Below, one piece after another: positions 50,078-60,772 of a stretch of 64,000 bases of DNA (position 1 is its first letter; every line of letters begins with the position of its first letter). Origin of the DNA: an uncultured Clostridia bacterium (GTDB lineage: Bacteria > Bacillota > Clostridia > Christensenellales > UBA3700). A program made the position numbers and the translations under genes. The notes under the pieces were generated by a model. That model saw only the letters and a program-made list of their open reading frames with translations. It made no database searches and was not told where the DNA came from. The stretch covers positions 28,547-92,546 of the forward strand of contig CAMWNK010000001.1 in assembly GCA_947175555.1 (NCBI GenBank), given 5' to 3'.

Positions 50078-50099
50078 GGACCTATTACAATAATAGGTC
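50078..50099. repeat. Right copy of the 22-bp perfect inverted repeat
   Basis: GGACCTATTACAATAATAGGTC. The local stem extends to 12 bp (50076-50102). It ends 44 nt before the ATG at 50144. Confidence 0.9.
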
Positions 50100-50143
50100 C
50101 ACCTGCAAAAGTAAAAAAATAATGTGCTTTTTAAGGTGTGTAA

Positions 50144-53100
50144 ATGACTGTAAAGAGGAATAAAACAGCAATATTATTAACAGCGATAATATGTATGGTA
50201 TTGCTTTGCTGTAGCGTATATTATGCCTGTTTTCGCGATAACGCTATTGCAATGACCGATACTACTAAAGATAACGTGGAGAACATCGTTGTGGACGAAA
50301 TATTCAAAGGCAAGGACAGCGTCAGCGGCGATAATTACTTTGACAGCTCAAGATTGAGGGCATTGTATTCCGCTATAGGCGGAGGCAGCGCCTTATCTCT
50401 GAGCGATATCAATACGCTTCTTTTAGGTAGCGGCGAGCTAACTTCAATGGATATACGCGATAATAATAAAGATATCGATCACCCTTTGGGACGCGATATA
50501 GTCGTGCAGTTCGGCGACTTTAAGTGGACGGTAACGCACGTTACTAAGGATAGGTCGGGCAATATTATCGCTACGCTATGGATTGCTAACTCTTCCGATA
50601 CGCTTTATTGGAACGAATGGGCAGACGATAAGTCAATGACTAATGCATATCCTTCATCCATGTACAGCAGCAGTTACATAAGAGCAGTAGGGCTAAATAG
50701 CGGCGGAAGCGGATACGTAGCAAGGAATGGGGCGACAACGCTTACTCCGGTGCCTAAAAGTGCAACACATAAATATGCACGATTCACTATGCCTACAGTG
50801 GCGGATTCGCTTACCGATTTTATAGTAACGCCTGCTGACGTTGCCTATCAAGAGAATGAGAACAGCACTTCGGTTGGGCGGACTTACACCCTATCTAACG
50901 AGGCATACGGCACTCCGAGCGGCACTGTCAACTGGAACATTTCCACTATGGATTACTCCTCCAAGACAGGCTATGCAGAGTGGAAGGACGATTATATATG
51001 GCTACCGTCATTGACAGAGACAGGATATGACACAACACGTGTCGGAATCTGGGGCTTATCAGATAATCAGCGCTCCAATGCAGTTTATACATGGCTGCGC
51101 TCAGGTAGCGAATACGGCGCTAATGGCGCTTATCAGCTGGAGTCGGACGGTAGTGGCAATACTCGTTATCTTCTAACGAGTGGTGCTGCCGCAGTCCGTC
51201 CCGCGTTGCACCTCAATTTGACAGCTGCGGACAGTGCCTCCGTATACGCGCCGCCGAGTGTGGTAGAGGTGGATTATGACGGCTCGACACAGAGCCTTCA
51301 GACGTTGATGTCCCAAAAAGGCACGCATTATCCCGCCATGATTTTTGATTCATCAACTCAGCTCAGCGGGCTTAACGCAGATACTTATAAGGCTAAAGTT
51401 ACTTTGCCTACTCCGTATAAGTGGGCGATAGATAACGGCTTAGGCGGCTTCACAACGGTAGCGGGTAGCACGGCGCAGACTATAGAGTGGGTAATTAAGC
51501 CAAGGCAGCTTACGCTTACGTGGTCGGGCATTTCAAGCTCGTACGTATGGCGAAATACTTTGCTTGCCGACTTGCAGAGGTATAAACCTGTAATAGGCAA
51601 CGGTATGGCTATAGATAACTTGGACGTGCAGCTCACCTATGACGGCAGCGCGAGCAATATAAAGTTGGACGTAGCGGGAGCGCATAAGATAAAGGCGGAT
51701 ATCGTAACCAATAATACGGCAAGCGGAGCAGCGGCATTGCTTGCGCAAAACTATACAATGCCCACCGCCAACCGTATGGAATATACTTATACCGTACAGA
51801 AGGCGTCTCAGCTTGCGCCGATATTGAGTATAGACTATGCCAATGAGGAACTTATCCCTACCAATCCTACAGTCAATGGGCAAAACAGATTGCCGTGGCT
51901 GGAGTATAAGGACAATAGCGGCAACTGGCAGCCTATAGTCAATATGCAGATACCCGAGAGTATCATGACAGGCGATGCGTACGACTTCAGATACAAAGTA
52001 CCTACAGCATATAGGGACTATATAGACGATAGCGGAGAGTATAGCCTGATAATCCCCAAGCGACAGACGGCAACGGACTTTACAATAGACTACGTACAAG
52101 AGACGCTATTTATAGACGGCGGATACAGCTATATAGTGGATAAGATAAAGCCGAGCGGAGGATATAATCAGCTAATTACATCCACAACTCTGCACTTGGA
52201 CCAACTGGGATATATAGAGACGCAGGGCAATACGGAGTATAAGGTATATTACTACAAGGACGCAACGGCGACAGAGTTTGCAAGCATTATTAAGGAGCTT
52301 ACAATCCCTGCAAGAAAGAACGCGCCTACTTTAAGCATTAACTACAAGACGGAAAAGACGGCACAGCCCGCCAACTCCAATATAAGGTATATCATCTCAG
52401 GCGGTAGCGAGATGAGGGGCAACGGCAACCTCATAGACCTCAACCCTGATACTACGACTAAGACGCTGCGCGCCTGGTATGCGGCGGATAACGGTACGTT
52501 CAAGTCGGGCGAGGTGGTGCTGAATATCCCTGCCCGTCCCGCACAGCCCGTGATAAACTATGACATAGCAACGGAGAGTTACATAGGCGGCAACGCGCCT
52601 ACGGCTGATATGGAGTACAGGGCGTCGACTTCTACGCTATGGGATGTAGTTAATGTAGCGTATAAGCCCATGCGCGGTACATATGTGTATAGGTTTATGG
52701 CTGTAGAAGAAGATCTCTCATTGGGAATAACGGGCGCGTTTGCATCTCTTGAAAGCGCGGTCGTAGACTACGGCAATAAGACCATAAGCGTAACTGTCAA
52801 GTGGACGGACGGCATAGGCGGAGCATTCGCGGCAGCGCATACCTACAACGGCAACGTAATCAAGCCTGTAGCGGAGTTTTATACAGGCACAAGCGGTACG
52901 GACAGAGTACCCGTCCCTTCGGGCGTGATAAGATACGCAATAGTGGATTCTACGGGACGCAGTGAAAACAATCCAACGGATGCAGAAGAGTACACGGTAA
53001 CGGTAAGTATAGTGGATTCTACAGGAGTACCCGATACAGGCTATAGCGTAAGCAACGATACGTTCACGTATAAGATTAATAAGTTGCAAGTCAAGACGCT

Positions 53101-54310
53101 TAGCTTGAGCGCAGCAGACAGGAACAAGATAATATACAACGGCAGTGATATAGACATTACGCAATATATCCCCGATTACAACGGCAGTTACGTCAATACG
53201 AGCAACGCCTTGCAACGCAACGTAAGCGCGACGGATTATACCGTGAGGATAAGACTTGCCAATAGCAACTACGAGTGGGACGACGGCAGAGCAGACGACT
53301 ATATTGATATCAAGTGGAACATCAACCCGTATGCAGTGCGCGTGATGTGGGACAATACTTCTTTTGTAGCAGACGGCAACGTGCACAGACCTACCGCGTC
53401 GATAGTCAACTTCGAGAATGGCAATATCAACTTCGAGTACAGCGGAGATACCAACGCGAGCAAGGTGCACAACGGCTACAGCGTAAGCGTTAGCATAGCT
53501 CGCACCGATCCCAACTATCTCAATTACAGCTTGTCCAATACTACGGTAGTATTCGATATAATCCTCGGCGCAGGTATGTCATCAGTGTTTATAGACTGGA
53601 CGGATAGCGCGGGTAATCCCTTTACAAACGGCGACAGTATGACGTTTAACGGCGCAGTGCAACACCCTGTAGTAACGGTAACGGACGGTGCAGGCAATGT
53701 AATAACAGACGCAAATGTAACGTATGCCGATGCAAACGGCAACGCGGTAAGCTCCAAGTGGACGGGTAGCTATAGCGTAAAGATAAGCATAGACACATCT
53801 AAGTACGCCATAGACGGAGCGTGCTCGGACGTATGCGAGTACGTAATAATAGTAGACGCTAACGGAAACGGTGATTACAAGATAATCTCAATAGAGGTAG
53901 GCGGAAATTATAAAAAGAATTATTCGACAGGCGACAGCTTCGATAGTTATGGTATGGTGGTCTACGGTATATATCCCGACGGCGAGAAGGTGGAGCTTAA
54001 CAATAGCGACTATACGTATTCTCCCGACGGAGCACTGAGCGAGGGCGACAATACCATTACTGTAAGCTACGGCGAGTTGAGCGCGACGTTCACCGTCAAG
54101 GCAGGGCAGCTCGTAGAGGGCGGAATATTGTCGCTGGACGGATATGTCAAGAAGCCTATTTTTATGGCATGCGTAGGGGCTATAGGCGGATTGATATTGA
54201 TATGTATTGTATTGGTATTCATATTGCTGAGTAGAGTACCTAAGAGAAAGAAGTCAGCAGACAATAGCGATATCGGCGATAGTGAATGCAACATAGTTGA
54301 TAGCGATTAA
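50144..54310 (+). CDS. Large cell-surface protein: N-terminal signal/anchor, DUF6273-like domain, tandem Ig-like modules, C-terminal TM anchor
   Basis: 1388 aa. N-terminal hydrophobic helix AILLTAIICMVLLCCSVYYA. Region ..YIWLPSLTETGY..WLRSGS..AAVRPALHLNL resembles DUF6273 (from memory). Repeated modules end in YTVTVSIVD / YTVRIRLAN / YSVSVSIAR / YSVKISIDT. C-terminal TM is FMACVGAIGGLILICIVLVFILL followed by a KRKK stop-transfer; no LPXTG. Confidence 0.7.
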   Translation: MTVKRNKTAILLTAIICMVLLCCSVYYACFRDNAIAMTDTTKDNVENIVVDEIFKGKDSVSGDNYFDSSRLRALYSAIGGGSALSLSDINTLLLGSGELTSMDIRDNNKDIDHPLGRDIVVQFGDFKWTVTHVTKDRSGNIIATLWIANSSDTLYWNEWADDKSMTNAYPSSMYSSSYIRAVGLNSGGSGYVARNGATTLTPVPKSATHKYARFTMPTVADSLTDFIVTPADVAYQENENSTSVGRTYTLSNEAYGTPSGTVNWNISTMDYSSKTGYAEWKDDYIWLPSLTETGYDTTRVGIWGLSDNQRSNAVYTWLRSGSEYGANGAYQLESDGSGNTRYLLTSGAAAVRPALHLNLTAADSASVYAPPSVVEVDYDGSTQSLQTLMSQKGTHYPAMIFDSSTQLSGLNADTYKAKVTLPTPYKWAIDNGLGGFTTVAGSTAQTIEWVIKPRQLTLTWSGISSSYVWRNTLLADLQRYKPVIGNGMAIDNLDVQLTYDGSASNIKLDVAGAHKIKADIVTNNTASGAAALLAQNYTMPTANRMEYTYTVQKASQLAPILSIDYANEELIPTNPTVNGQNRLPWLEYKDNSGNWQPIVNMQIPESIMTGDAYDFRYKVPTAYRDYIDDSGEYSLIIPKRQTATDFTIDYVQETLFIDGGYSYIVDKIKPSGGYNQLITSTTLHLDQLGYIETQGNTEYKVYYYKDATATEFASIIKELTIPARKNAPTLSINYKTEKTAQPANSNIRYIISGGSEMRGNGNLIDLNPDTTTKTLRAWYAADNGTFKSGEVVLNIPARPAQPVINYDIATESYIGGNAPTADMEYRASTSTLWDVVNVAYKPMRGTYVYRFMAVEEDLSLGITGAFASLESAVVDYGNKTISVTVKWTDGIGGAFAAAHTYNGNVIKPVAEFYTGTSGTDRVPVPSGVIRYAIVDSTGRSENNPTDAEEYTVTVSIVDSTGVPDTGYSVSNDTFTYKINKLQVKTLSLSAADRNKIIYNGSDIDITQYIPDYNGSYVNTSNALQRNVSATDYTVRIRLANSNYEWDDGRADDYIDIKWNINPYAVRVMWDNTSFVADGNVHRPTASIVNFENGNINFEYSGDTNASKVHNGYSVSVSIARTDPNYLNYSLSNTTVVFDIILGAGMSSVFIDWTDSAGNPFTNGDSMTFNGAVQHPVVTVTDGAGNVITDANVTYADANGNAVSSKWTGSYSVKISIDTSKYAIDGACSDVCEYVIIVDANGNGDYKIISIEVGGNYKKNYSTGDSFDSYGMVVYGIYPDGEKVELNNSDYTYSPDGALSEGDNTITVSYGELSATFTVKAGQLVEGGILSLDGYVKKPIFMACVGAIGGLILICIVLVFILLSRVPKRKKSADNSDIGDSECNIVDSD

Positions 54311-54614
54311 AGAAGTAAGTAAATGAATGCTAATCATGATACTGAGCATATGTATTGCGCAAAAACCACGCTTTTTGCAAGCTGTACCCTTCGTTATAAC
54401 TATATAATGTCGGTTGTCTCTTCAAGTAACCGCTAATAATCAATGGATATAAAACTAAACTTATATTAAAACTTTGTTAATTGAGTATTGCGTCTTACGG
54501 TTATTCTCTATGCCTCGCAGAGATAGCAAACAAAACGACGCTTTTAGTGGGCGGCACCTTGAAAATGCGAGAGCATTTTATGGATGGGAGCAAACGAGGG
54601 GAACCATGTAGCAA

Positions 54615-54641
54615 ATATGCGCAGGATAATCCTGCGCATAT
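54615..54641 (-). terminator. Strong hairpin downstream of the ABC-F gene (no clear U-tract)
   Basis: 12-bp perfect stem ATATGCGCAGGA-taa-TCCTGCGCATAT, 30 nt past the ABC-F stop. It lacks a T-run on either strand. Confidence 0.35.
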
Positions 54642-54670
54642 GTAAGCGTTAAATTGGTGCGCCTCATTAT

Positions 54671-56227
54671 CTATTTCTCCAAATCAAATATATCGTTGCA
54701 CAGTGCTTCGGCGTACTTTGGCTCGTGGCTGACGAGGATAAAAGCTCCGTCGTAGGCGTTAAGCGCCTCGGCGAGGGCTTCTTTAGAGAGCATATCGAGG
54801 TGATTGGTGGGCTCGTCGAGTATAAGCAGGTTGCTGGGCGTCTGCATGAGAGAGCACAGCTTGACGCGCACTTGTTCGCCGCCGCTGAGATTGCTAAGGG
54901 CCTTGGTAGCCATGTCGGAGCGTATGCCTACCTTGGCAAGCTGAGTACGCACGTCTTTTTGCGACATTTTGGGATGGCGCATATTCATATATGACATCGC
55001 GTTCATCTCGGGAGAGGGGAAGGCGAGGTCTTGCTCGATATAATTAATCTTGGTATTGATATTGTAAGAGAATTTTCCGCCGATGAGCGGCAGTTGTCTT
55101 ACAAGCGTCTTGAGTATGGTGGTCTTGCCCATGCCGTTGGTACCTCTCAGCCACAGCTTGGTTTCGCTGGTCATGGTGAAGCTGATAGGCGGTAAAATAG
55201 CCTTGCCGTCATAGCCTACGCTGAGGTTGTCGACGTCGAGTATGTGCTTAGTAACGAGCAGGGTGTAAGGAAAGCCGAAAGTAGGCTTTTCAAACGATAC
55301 GGGCTTAGTCATGACGGTTATCCTGTCCAGCATCTTTTTTCTGCTGTTAGCCATGCCGGCGGTGGAAGCGCGCGCCTTGTTGCGGGCGATGTAGTCTTCC
55401 ATCTTCTTAATCTCGCGCTGCTGTCGCTCGTAGCTCTCGGCGTACTGCTTGGCGTCGCTTTCGTGGCGGTCGGTGAACTTATCGTAATTGCCCCAATATT
55501 TCTTAATAGTCGCATTCTCGATGTTGACGGTTATTTTACATACCGCGTTGAGAAACGACGTATCGTGCGATACGAGCAGGAAGGTCCCCTTGAGGGCGTC
55601 GAGATACTTGGTCAGCCATGCGATTTGCTCAAGATCGAGGAAGTTGGTGGGCTCGTCCAGCAGCATTACATCAGGCTCGTCGAGCAGGAGCTTTGCAAGC
55701 ATGAGCTTAGCTCTCTGCCCGCCGCTTAGCTTGCCTACTTGCGTATTGTATCCGAAGTTATGCACGCCGAGCCCGCCCGCAACTTTCTTAATCCTTGCCT
55801 CCAATGCGTAAAAGTCCGCCTCGTCCAGTCTTGCCTGAAGCGAAGCGGAGCGGTTGATAAGAGTATCAAGTCTGTTCGCATCGATATCGGGATCGCTCAT
55901 CTGCTCGTACATAGCTTCGAGTCTGGCGGACATCTCGAAAAGCTGGGCAAAGCTGCCCTTGAGGTATTGCATCACCGTAAGAGAGCGGTCTATATCCGCG
56001 TGCTGGTCGAGGTATCCTATACGGATATTATTTTGCCACTTTACTTCGCCCGCGTCCTGCGGCAGTTGCCCTGTAAGGATTTTCATAAAAGTGGACTTGC
56101 CCGCGCCGTTAAGTCCCACAATGCCGATATGCTCGCCGTTGTTGACGGTGAGCTCTGCGTTGTCGAATAGGACTTTATCGTCAAAAACGTGTGTCAATGA
56201 CTTGATTGTGAGTATGCTCATACGCAA
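54671..56227 (-). CDS. ABC-F family ATPase (two ABC domains, no TM domain)
   Basis: Walker A GLNGAGKSTFMKIL and GTNGMGKTTILKTL. Signatures LSGGQRAKLML and LSGGEQVRVKL. Charged inter-domain linker. 518 aa. Confidence 0.85.
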   Translation of the reverse strand: MRMSILTIKSLTHVFDDKVLFDNAELTVNNGEHIGIVGLNGAGKSTFMKILTGQLPQDAGEVKWQNNIRIGYLDQHADIDRSLTVMQYLKGSFAQLFEMSARLEAMYEQMSDPDIDANRLDTLINRSASLQARLDEADFYALEARIKKVAGGLGVHNFGYNTQVGKLSGGQRAKLMLAKLLLDEPDVMLLDEPTNFLDLEQIAWLTKYLDALKGTFLLVSHDTSFLNAVCKITVNIENATIKKYWGNYDKFTDRHESDAKQYAESYERQQREIKKMEDYIARNKARASTAGMANSRKKMLDRITVMTKPVSFEKPTFGFPYTLLVTKHILDVDNLSVGYDGKAILPPISFTMTSETKLWLRGTNGMGKTTILKTLVRQLPLIGGKFSYNINTKINYIEQDLAFPSPEMNAMSYMNMRHPKMSQKDVRTQLAKVGIRSDMATKALSNLSGGEQVRVKLCSLMQTPSNLLILDEPTNHLDMLSKEALAEALNAYDGAFILVSHEPKYAEALCNDIFDLEK

Positions 56228-56453
56228 ATTGTATATATTAGCGGCAACTTTGTCAATTAAATGGTCAGTCGCGGCGCTAAAGTAACGGACAATGCAATGC
56301 TCAGTCGGTTTCTAAAATATTGCGCCATATTAGCGCAAAGCGTCTGCAATAGGGCTGCTTTCATTGCATTAATAGGCAAAAAATAATTGCCTATTACGCG
56401 TTAGCTCCCGCCCTAAGTAAGTCAAAATATAATAAAAAAACTCTCTGCAGGCA

Positions 56454-56482
56454 TTGAAAAGCCCCTAAGTATATGATATAAT
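56454..56482 (+). promoter_or_regulatory. Promoter of the glg operon
   Basis: TTGAAA (56454-56459), 17-nt spacer ending in TGa (extended -10), TATAAT (56477-56482). Confidence 0.55.
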
Positions 56483-56510
56483 TTTAAGTAGATAATTTTA
56501 GGAGTGCACG

Positions 56511-58445
56511 ATGGCTCACAAGGATACCGATTTACCTATATATCTGTTTCACGAAGGCAACAACTGCGAAAGCGATAAACTTTTCACTCCTGTGAGGGTA
56601 AGCGAGGGCAAAAAGAGCGGTTGGAGATTCCGTCTTTGGGCACCTTCGGCTCTCAGCGTGAGCGTTGTGGGCAACTTTAACTGTTGGGACAGAGAAGCCA
56701 ATCCCATGAACAGGATTAAGGGCAGCGGCGGCATTTGGGAGACATTCGTACCCGACCTTGAAGTATACGAGGTATACAAGTACAGCGTGGAGCAGGCGGA
56801 CGGCAAGTGCGTGCTCAAGGCAGATCCCTACGCACTGCACGCGGAGACGGCGCCTTATACCGCGTCTAAGCTGTATGAGAGCAATTATAAGTGGGGCGAT
56901 GCCAAGTGGCTGTCCGATAGAGAGGGCGTCAATATTTTTTCCGCTCCCGTAAATATATACGAGTTGCATCTCGGCTCATGGCGCAGACACTCCGACGGCA
57001 ATATCATGTCATACCGCGATATAGCGATTTCGCTGCGCGACTATATCAAAGAAATGGGCTATACTCACGTAGAGATTATGCCCGTTACGGAGTATCCTTA
57101 CGAGGGCTCTTGGGGATATCAGGTGAGCGGCATGTTCGCTCCCACCTCAAGATACGGTTCTCCCGATGATTTTCGCTTTTTCGTCGATACGCTGCATAAG
57201 GCGGGTATAGGAGTAATACTCGATTGGGTGGCGGCGCATTTCCCCAAGGACGAGCACGGTCTGTATCGCTTTGACGGTAAGGCGTTGTACGAGTACTCCG
57301 ATCCGCTCAAGGCCGAGCACAAAGAATGGGGTACCATGGTATTCGATTACGGCAGGGCGGAGATAAGGTCTTTCCTCATCTCGTCTGCGGATTTCTGGGT
57401 AAGGGAGTACCACGTAGACGGTATACGTATGGATGCGGTGGCGTCTATGCTGTATCTCGATTACGGTCGCAAGGAGTGGCGTCCCAACGCATTCGGCGGC
57501 AATTATAACTTAGAGGCGATAGATTTCTTAAAGCAACTCAATACCCTCATGCTCACAAGGCATAAGGGCTTGATGATGATAGCGGAAGAGTCTACCGCTT
57601 TTCCTATGGTAACCAAGCCTGCGGAGATAGGCGGACTGGGCTTTAATTTCAAGTGGAATATGGGCTGGATGAACGATATGCTGTGCTACGTATCCGCCGA
57701 TCCTTTCTTCAGAAAAGATATGCACGATAAGCTCACTTTTGCAATAAGCTACGCCTTTTCCGAAAATTATATTTTGCCTCTGTCTCATGACGAAGTGGTG
57801 CACGGCAAGCGTTCGCTGGTCAATAAGATGCAGGGCGGTTACGACGATAAGTTTGAGGCGCTCAAGACTTTTTACGCTTATATGATAGCTCACCCTGGCA
57901 AGAAATTGATGTTTATGGGCGGTGAGTTCGGTCAGTTCATAGAGTGGGATTACGCCAAGCAGTTGGATTGGTTCTTGCTTGATTATCCCCGTCATGCGCA
58001 GATGCGCGACTTTGTAAAAGAGCTCAATAAGTATTATCTCAAACATACCGAAATGTACGAGCAAGATTGCTCCTACGACGGCTTTAAGTGGGTAGTGGTG
58101 GATGACAATACACAAAATATTGCATCCTTTATCAGATACGACAGCAAGGGTAATTACACGCTTGCGGTGTTTAATTTCAGCCCCGTTACGCGCGAGAATT
58201 ATCTCATGGGCGTGCCCGAGGCGAGGGAATATAAGTGCGCGCTGAGCAGCGGCGACGCGGCTTTCGGAGGACTGGGTATACCTCAGGCGAGCGTCAAAGC
58301 AAGCGATAAGCCTATGCACTCTCATCCCTATAGCGTATCTCTTACAATCCCGGGCAACTCGGCAACTTACTTCGTTGGGGGTAAAAAATTGAATCTCAAG
58401 TCTGCAAAGACCAAGAAGATAGATAAGGATGGTGAAAAAAAATGA
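56511..58445 (+). CDS. glgB: 1,4-alpha-glucan branching enzyme
   Basis: [31 protein letters not shown] and AEESTAFP are GH13 branching-enzyme motifs. Confidence 0.93.
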   Translation: MAHKDTDLPIYLFHEGNNCESDKLFTPVRVSEGKKSGWRFRLWAPSALSVSVVGNFNCWDREANPMNRIKGSGGIWETFVPDLEVYEVYKYSVEQADGKCVLKADPYALHAETAPYTASKLYESNYKWGDAKWLSDREGVNIFSAPVNIYELHLGSWRRHSDGNIMSYRDIAISLRDYIKEMGYTHVEIMPVTEYPYEGSWGYQVSGMFAPTSRYGSPDDFRFFVDTLHKAGIGVILDWVAAHFPKDEHGLYRFDGKALYEYSDPLKAEHKEWGTMVFDYGRAEIRSFLISSADFWVREYHVDGIRMDAVASMLYLDYGRKEWRPNAFGGNYNLEAIDFLKQLNTLMLTRHKGLMMIAEESTAFPMVTKPAEIGGLGFNFKWNMGWMNDMLCYVSADPFFRKDMHDKLTFAISYAFSENYILPLSHDEVVHGKRSLVNKMQGGYDDKFEALKTFYAYMIAHPGKKLMFMGGEFGQFIEWDYAKQLDWFLLDYPRHAQMRDFVKELNKYYLKHTEMYEQDCSYDGFKWVVVDDNTQNIASFIRYDSKGNYTLAVFNFSPVTRENYLMGVPEAREYKCALSSGDAAFGGLGIPQASVKASDKPMHSHPYSVSLTIPGNSATYFVGGKKLNLKSAKTKKIDKDGEKK

Positions 58446-59632
58446 ATTCCAGAAAAAAGGAATGCGTGGCAATGTTGCTTGCCGGCGGTCAGGGTACGAG
58501 GCTGTACTCTCTGACCAAAGACATAGCCAAGCCTGCGGTGTCCTTCGGAGGAAAGTACAGGATAATAGACTTTCCTTTGTCCAACTGTATCAACTCGGGA
58601 ATAGACACGATAGGCGTGCTCACTCAATATCAGCCCTTTGCGCTTAATCAGTACATAGGCAACGGTCAGCCGTGGGACCTCGACAGACTGAGCGGCGGCG
58701 TATTCGTATTGCCCCCTTACATGAAGAGTAAGAATTCCGATTGGTATAAAGGCACCGCCAACGCGATATATCAAAACATTGCTTTTATAGATAAATTCTC
58801 GCCCGAATACGTACTGGTGCTCTCGGGCGACCATATCTATAAGATGGATTATGCGGATATGCTCTCAGAGCACAAGCGCCGCGGAGCGGACTGTACGATA
58901 GCCGTAATAGACGTGTCTATCGAAGAGGCGTCCCGCTTCGGTATCATGAATACCAAAGAGGACGGGGAAATATACGAGTTCGAAGAAAAGCCCAAAAAGC
59001 CCAAGAGCACCAACGCGTCTATGGGCATATACGTGTTTAATTGGGATAAACTGCGCAAGTATCTCATCGAGGACGAGGCGGATTCTAAGTCGTCCAACGA
59101 CTTCGGTAAGAACATAATTCCCGACATGCTTGCCGACGGACAGAAATTGTATGCCTATAAATTCAGCGGATACTGGAAGGACGTGGGCACAATCAACAGT
59201 CTGTGGGAGGCTAATATGGACCTGCTCGACGAGGGCAGCGGACTCAACCTTGCCGACAACGGCTGGAAGATATATGCGCGCAATACCGCAGAGCCCCCTC
59301 ACTATACGGGCAGGGATGCGGTGATATCCAACTCGCTTATTACCGAAGGCTGCGAGATAGACGGCGACGTAGTCAATAGCGTCATCTCTACGGGCGCGGA
59401 AGTATGCCGCGGCGCGAAGGTAAGTCATAGCATTGTGATGCCCGGGGCAAAGGTGTGCGAGGGCGCGAGCGTAGCTTACGCGATAATCGGCGCGGGCGCA
59501 GTCATAGGAAGCGGAGCTAAAGTTGGCAAAGAGCAGTCGGGTAAGGACGGAAACTACGATATATCCGTAGTAGCTCCCAATTACACGGTAAAAGACGGCG
59601 GCGTAGTAGACGCGGGCGCGATGGTGGAGTAA
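58442..59632 (+). CDS. glgC: Glucose-1-phosphate adenylyltransferase
   Basis: [45 protein letters not shown]. Confidence 0.93.
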   Translation: MNSRKKECVAMLLAGGQGTRLYSLTKDIAKPAVSFGGKYRIIDFPLSNCINSGIDTIGVLTQYQPFALNQYIGNGQPWDLDRLSGGVFVLPPYMKSKNSDWYKGTANAIYQNIAFIDKFSPEYVLVLSGDHIYKMDYADMLSEHKRRGADCTIAVIDVSIEEASRFGIMNTKEDGEIYEFEEKPKKPKSTNASMGIYVFNWDKLRKYLIEDEADSKSSNDFGKNIIPDMLADGQKLYAYKFSGYWKDVGTINSLWEANMDLLDEGSGLNLADNGWKIYARNTAEPPHYTGRDAVISNSLITEGCEIDGDVVNSVISTGAEVCRGAKVSHSIVMPGAKVCEGASVAYAIIGAGAVIGSGAKVGKEQSGKDGNYDISVVAPNYTVKDGGVVDAGAMVE

Positions 59633-59643
59633 GAGGTGAGATT

Positions 59644-60756
59644 ATGAATAATATAATGGGTATAATATTCGCCAGCGATAACGAGTCTAAGCTCAACGAG
59701 CTTACTTTGCACCGCACCACGGCATCGTTGCCTTTCTGCGGCAGGTATAGATTTATAGACTTCGCGCTGTCTAACTTCGTCAATTCGCAGATTACCAATC
59801 TTGGTATAATCACTCGCAACAATTATTCCTCGCTCATGGACCACATAAGGATGGGTAGAGACTGGGATCTTAACAGGAAGAACGGCGGTATAGCCGTGTT
59901 CCCTCCCTACGTGTCCAACAGCGCGCGCAGCATGAACAGGGGCAAGATAGAGGCGTTGTACTCCATACTCGACTTTATCAAGCGCGGCAGCGAGGATTAC
60001 GTGGTGATTACCAACTCCAATATCGCAGCTAATATTGACTTCGACCACGTATTCGACGCGCACATTGCAAAGGGCGCCGACATAACTATGTTGACGTACA
60101 TGGCACAGCCCATATCGTCGCGCAAGGCGGCGGTCGTGAAGGATAATGACGGCAGAATAACTCAGATACGCGTTGTCCAGACACCTTCGTCCGTGCTTAC
60201 CGAGATGTCGCTTAACGTATATATGTTGCGTAAGGATTTGCTCGTAGACCTCGTAGTAGACAGCTACGAGAGGGGCTATACCGACCTTGAAAAGCATATT
60301 CTGCAACCGGGGTGCGATACGCTTAAGATTTTTGCCTATCCCACAGAGGGTTATGTAGGCGTTATCGACGACGTGAAGTCGTATTACGCCGAGAGCATGC
60401 GCGTGCTTGACACGGATTTGCGCAACGACTTATTTACGCGTAACGGCACTATCTTTACCAAGGTTAAAGACAGCGTGCCTACAAGATATCGCCCCGGCGC
60501 GGAAGTAAATAACTCGCTCATAGCAGACGGCTGCGACATAGGCGGAAAGGTAATCAATTCCGTACTGTTCCGCGGAGTTACCGTGGAGAAAGGCGCCGTC
60601 ATAGAAAACTCTATTGTCATGGAGGGCGGCAAAATATGCGAGGGCGCGCATATAAGTTATATTATAGCGGATAAGGACGTAACCGTAACGTCTAATAAGA
60701 CTATCGGCGGATACGAGACTTATCCAATGGTTATAGTTAAGAATAAGACTGTATAG
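59644..60756 (+). CDS. glgD: Glucose-1-phosphate adenylyltransferase, GlgD subunit
   Basis: GlgC paralog lacking the GGxGxRL motif (MGIIFASDNESKLNELTLHRTTASLPFCGRYRFIDFALSNFVNS). Position after glgC. Confidence 0.85.
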   Translation: MNNIMGIIFASDNESKLNELTLHRTTASLPFCGRYRFIDFALSNFVNSQITNLGIITRNNYSSLMDHIRMGRDWDLNRKNGGIAVFPPYVSNSARSMNRGKIEALYSILDFIKRGSEDYVVITNSNIAANIDFDHVFDAHIAKGADITMLTYMAQPISSRKAAVVKDNDGRITQIRVVQTPSSVLTEMSLNVYMLRKDLLVDLVVDSYERGYTDLEKHILQPGCDTLKIFAYPTEGYVGVIDDVKSYYAESMRVLDTDLRNDLFTRNGTIFTKVKDSVPTRYRPGAEVNNSLIADGCDIGGKVINSVLFRGVTVEKGAVIENSIVMEGGKICEGAHISYIIADKDVTVTSNKTIGGYETYPMVIVKNKTV

Positions 60757-60772
60757 CAAGGAGGTTGAAAAT

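Noticed and set aside
54671-56227. ABC-F protein as an antibiotic-resistance (ARE) ribosomal protection factor
   Set aside because: Length and linker alone cannot separate ARE ABC-Fs from housekeeping ones; a 518-aa length also fits housekeeping paralogs. No resistance context is present. I am leaving it as generic ABC-F. Phylogenetic placement would decide.
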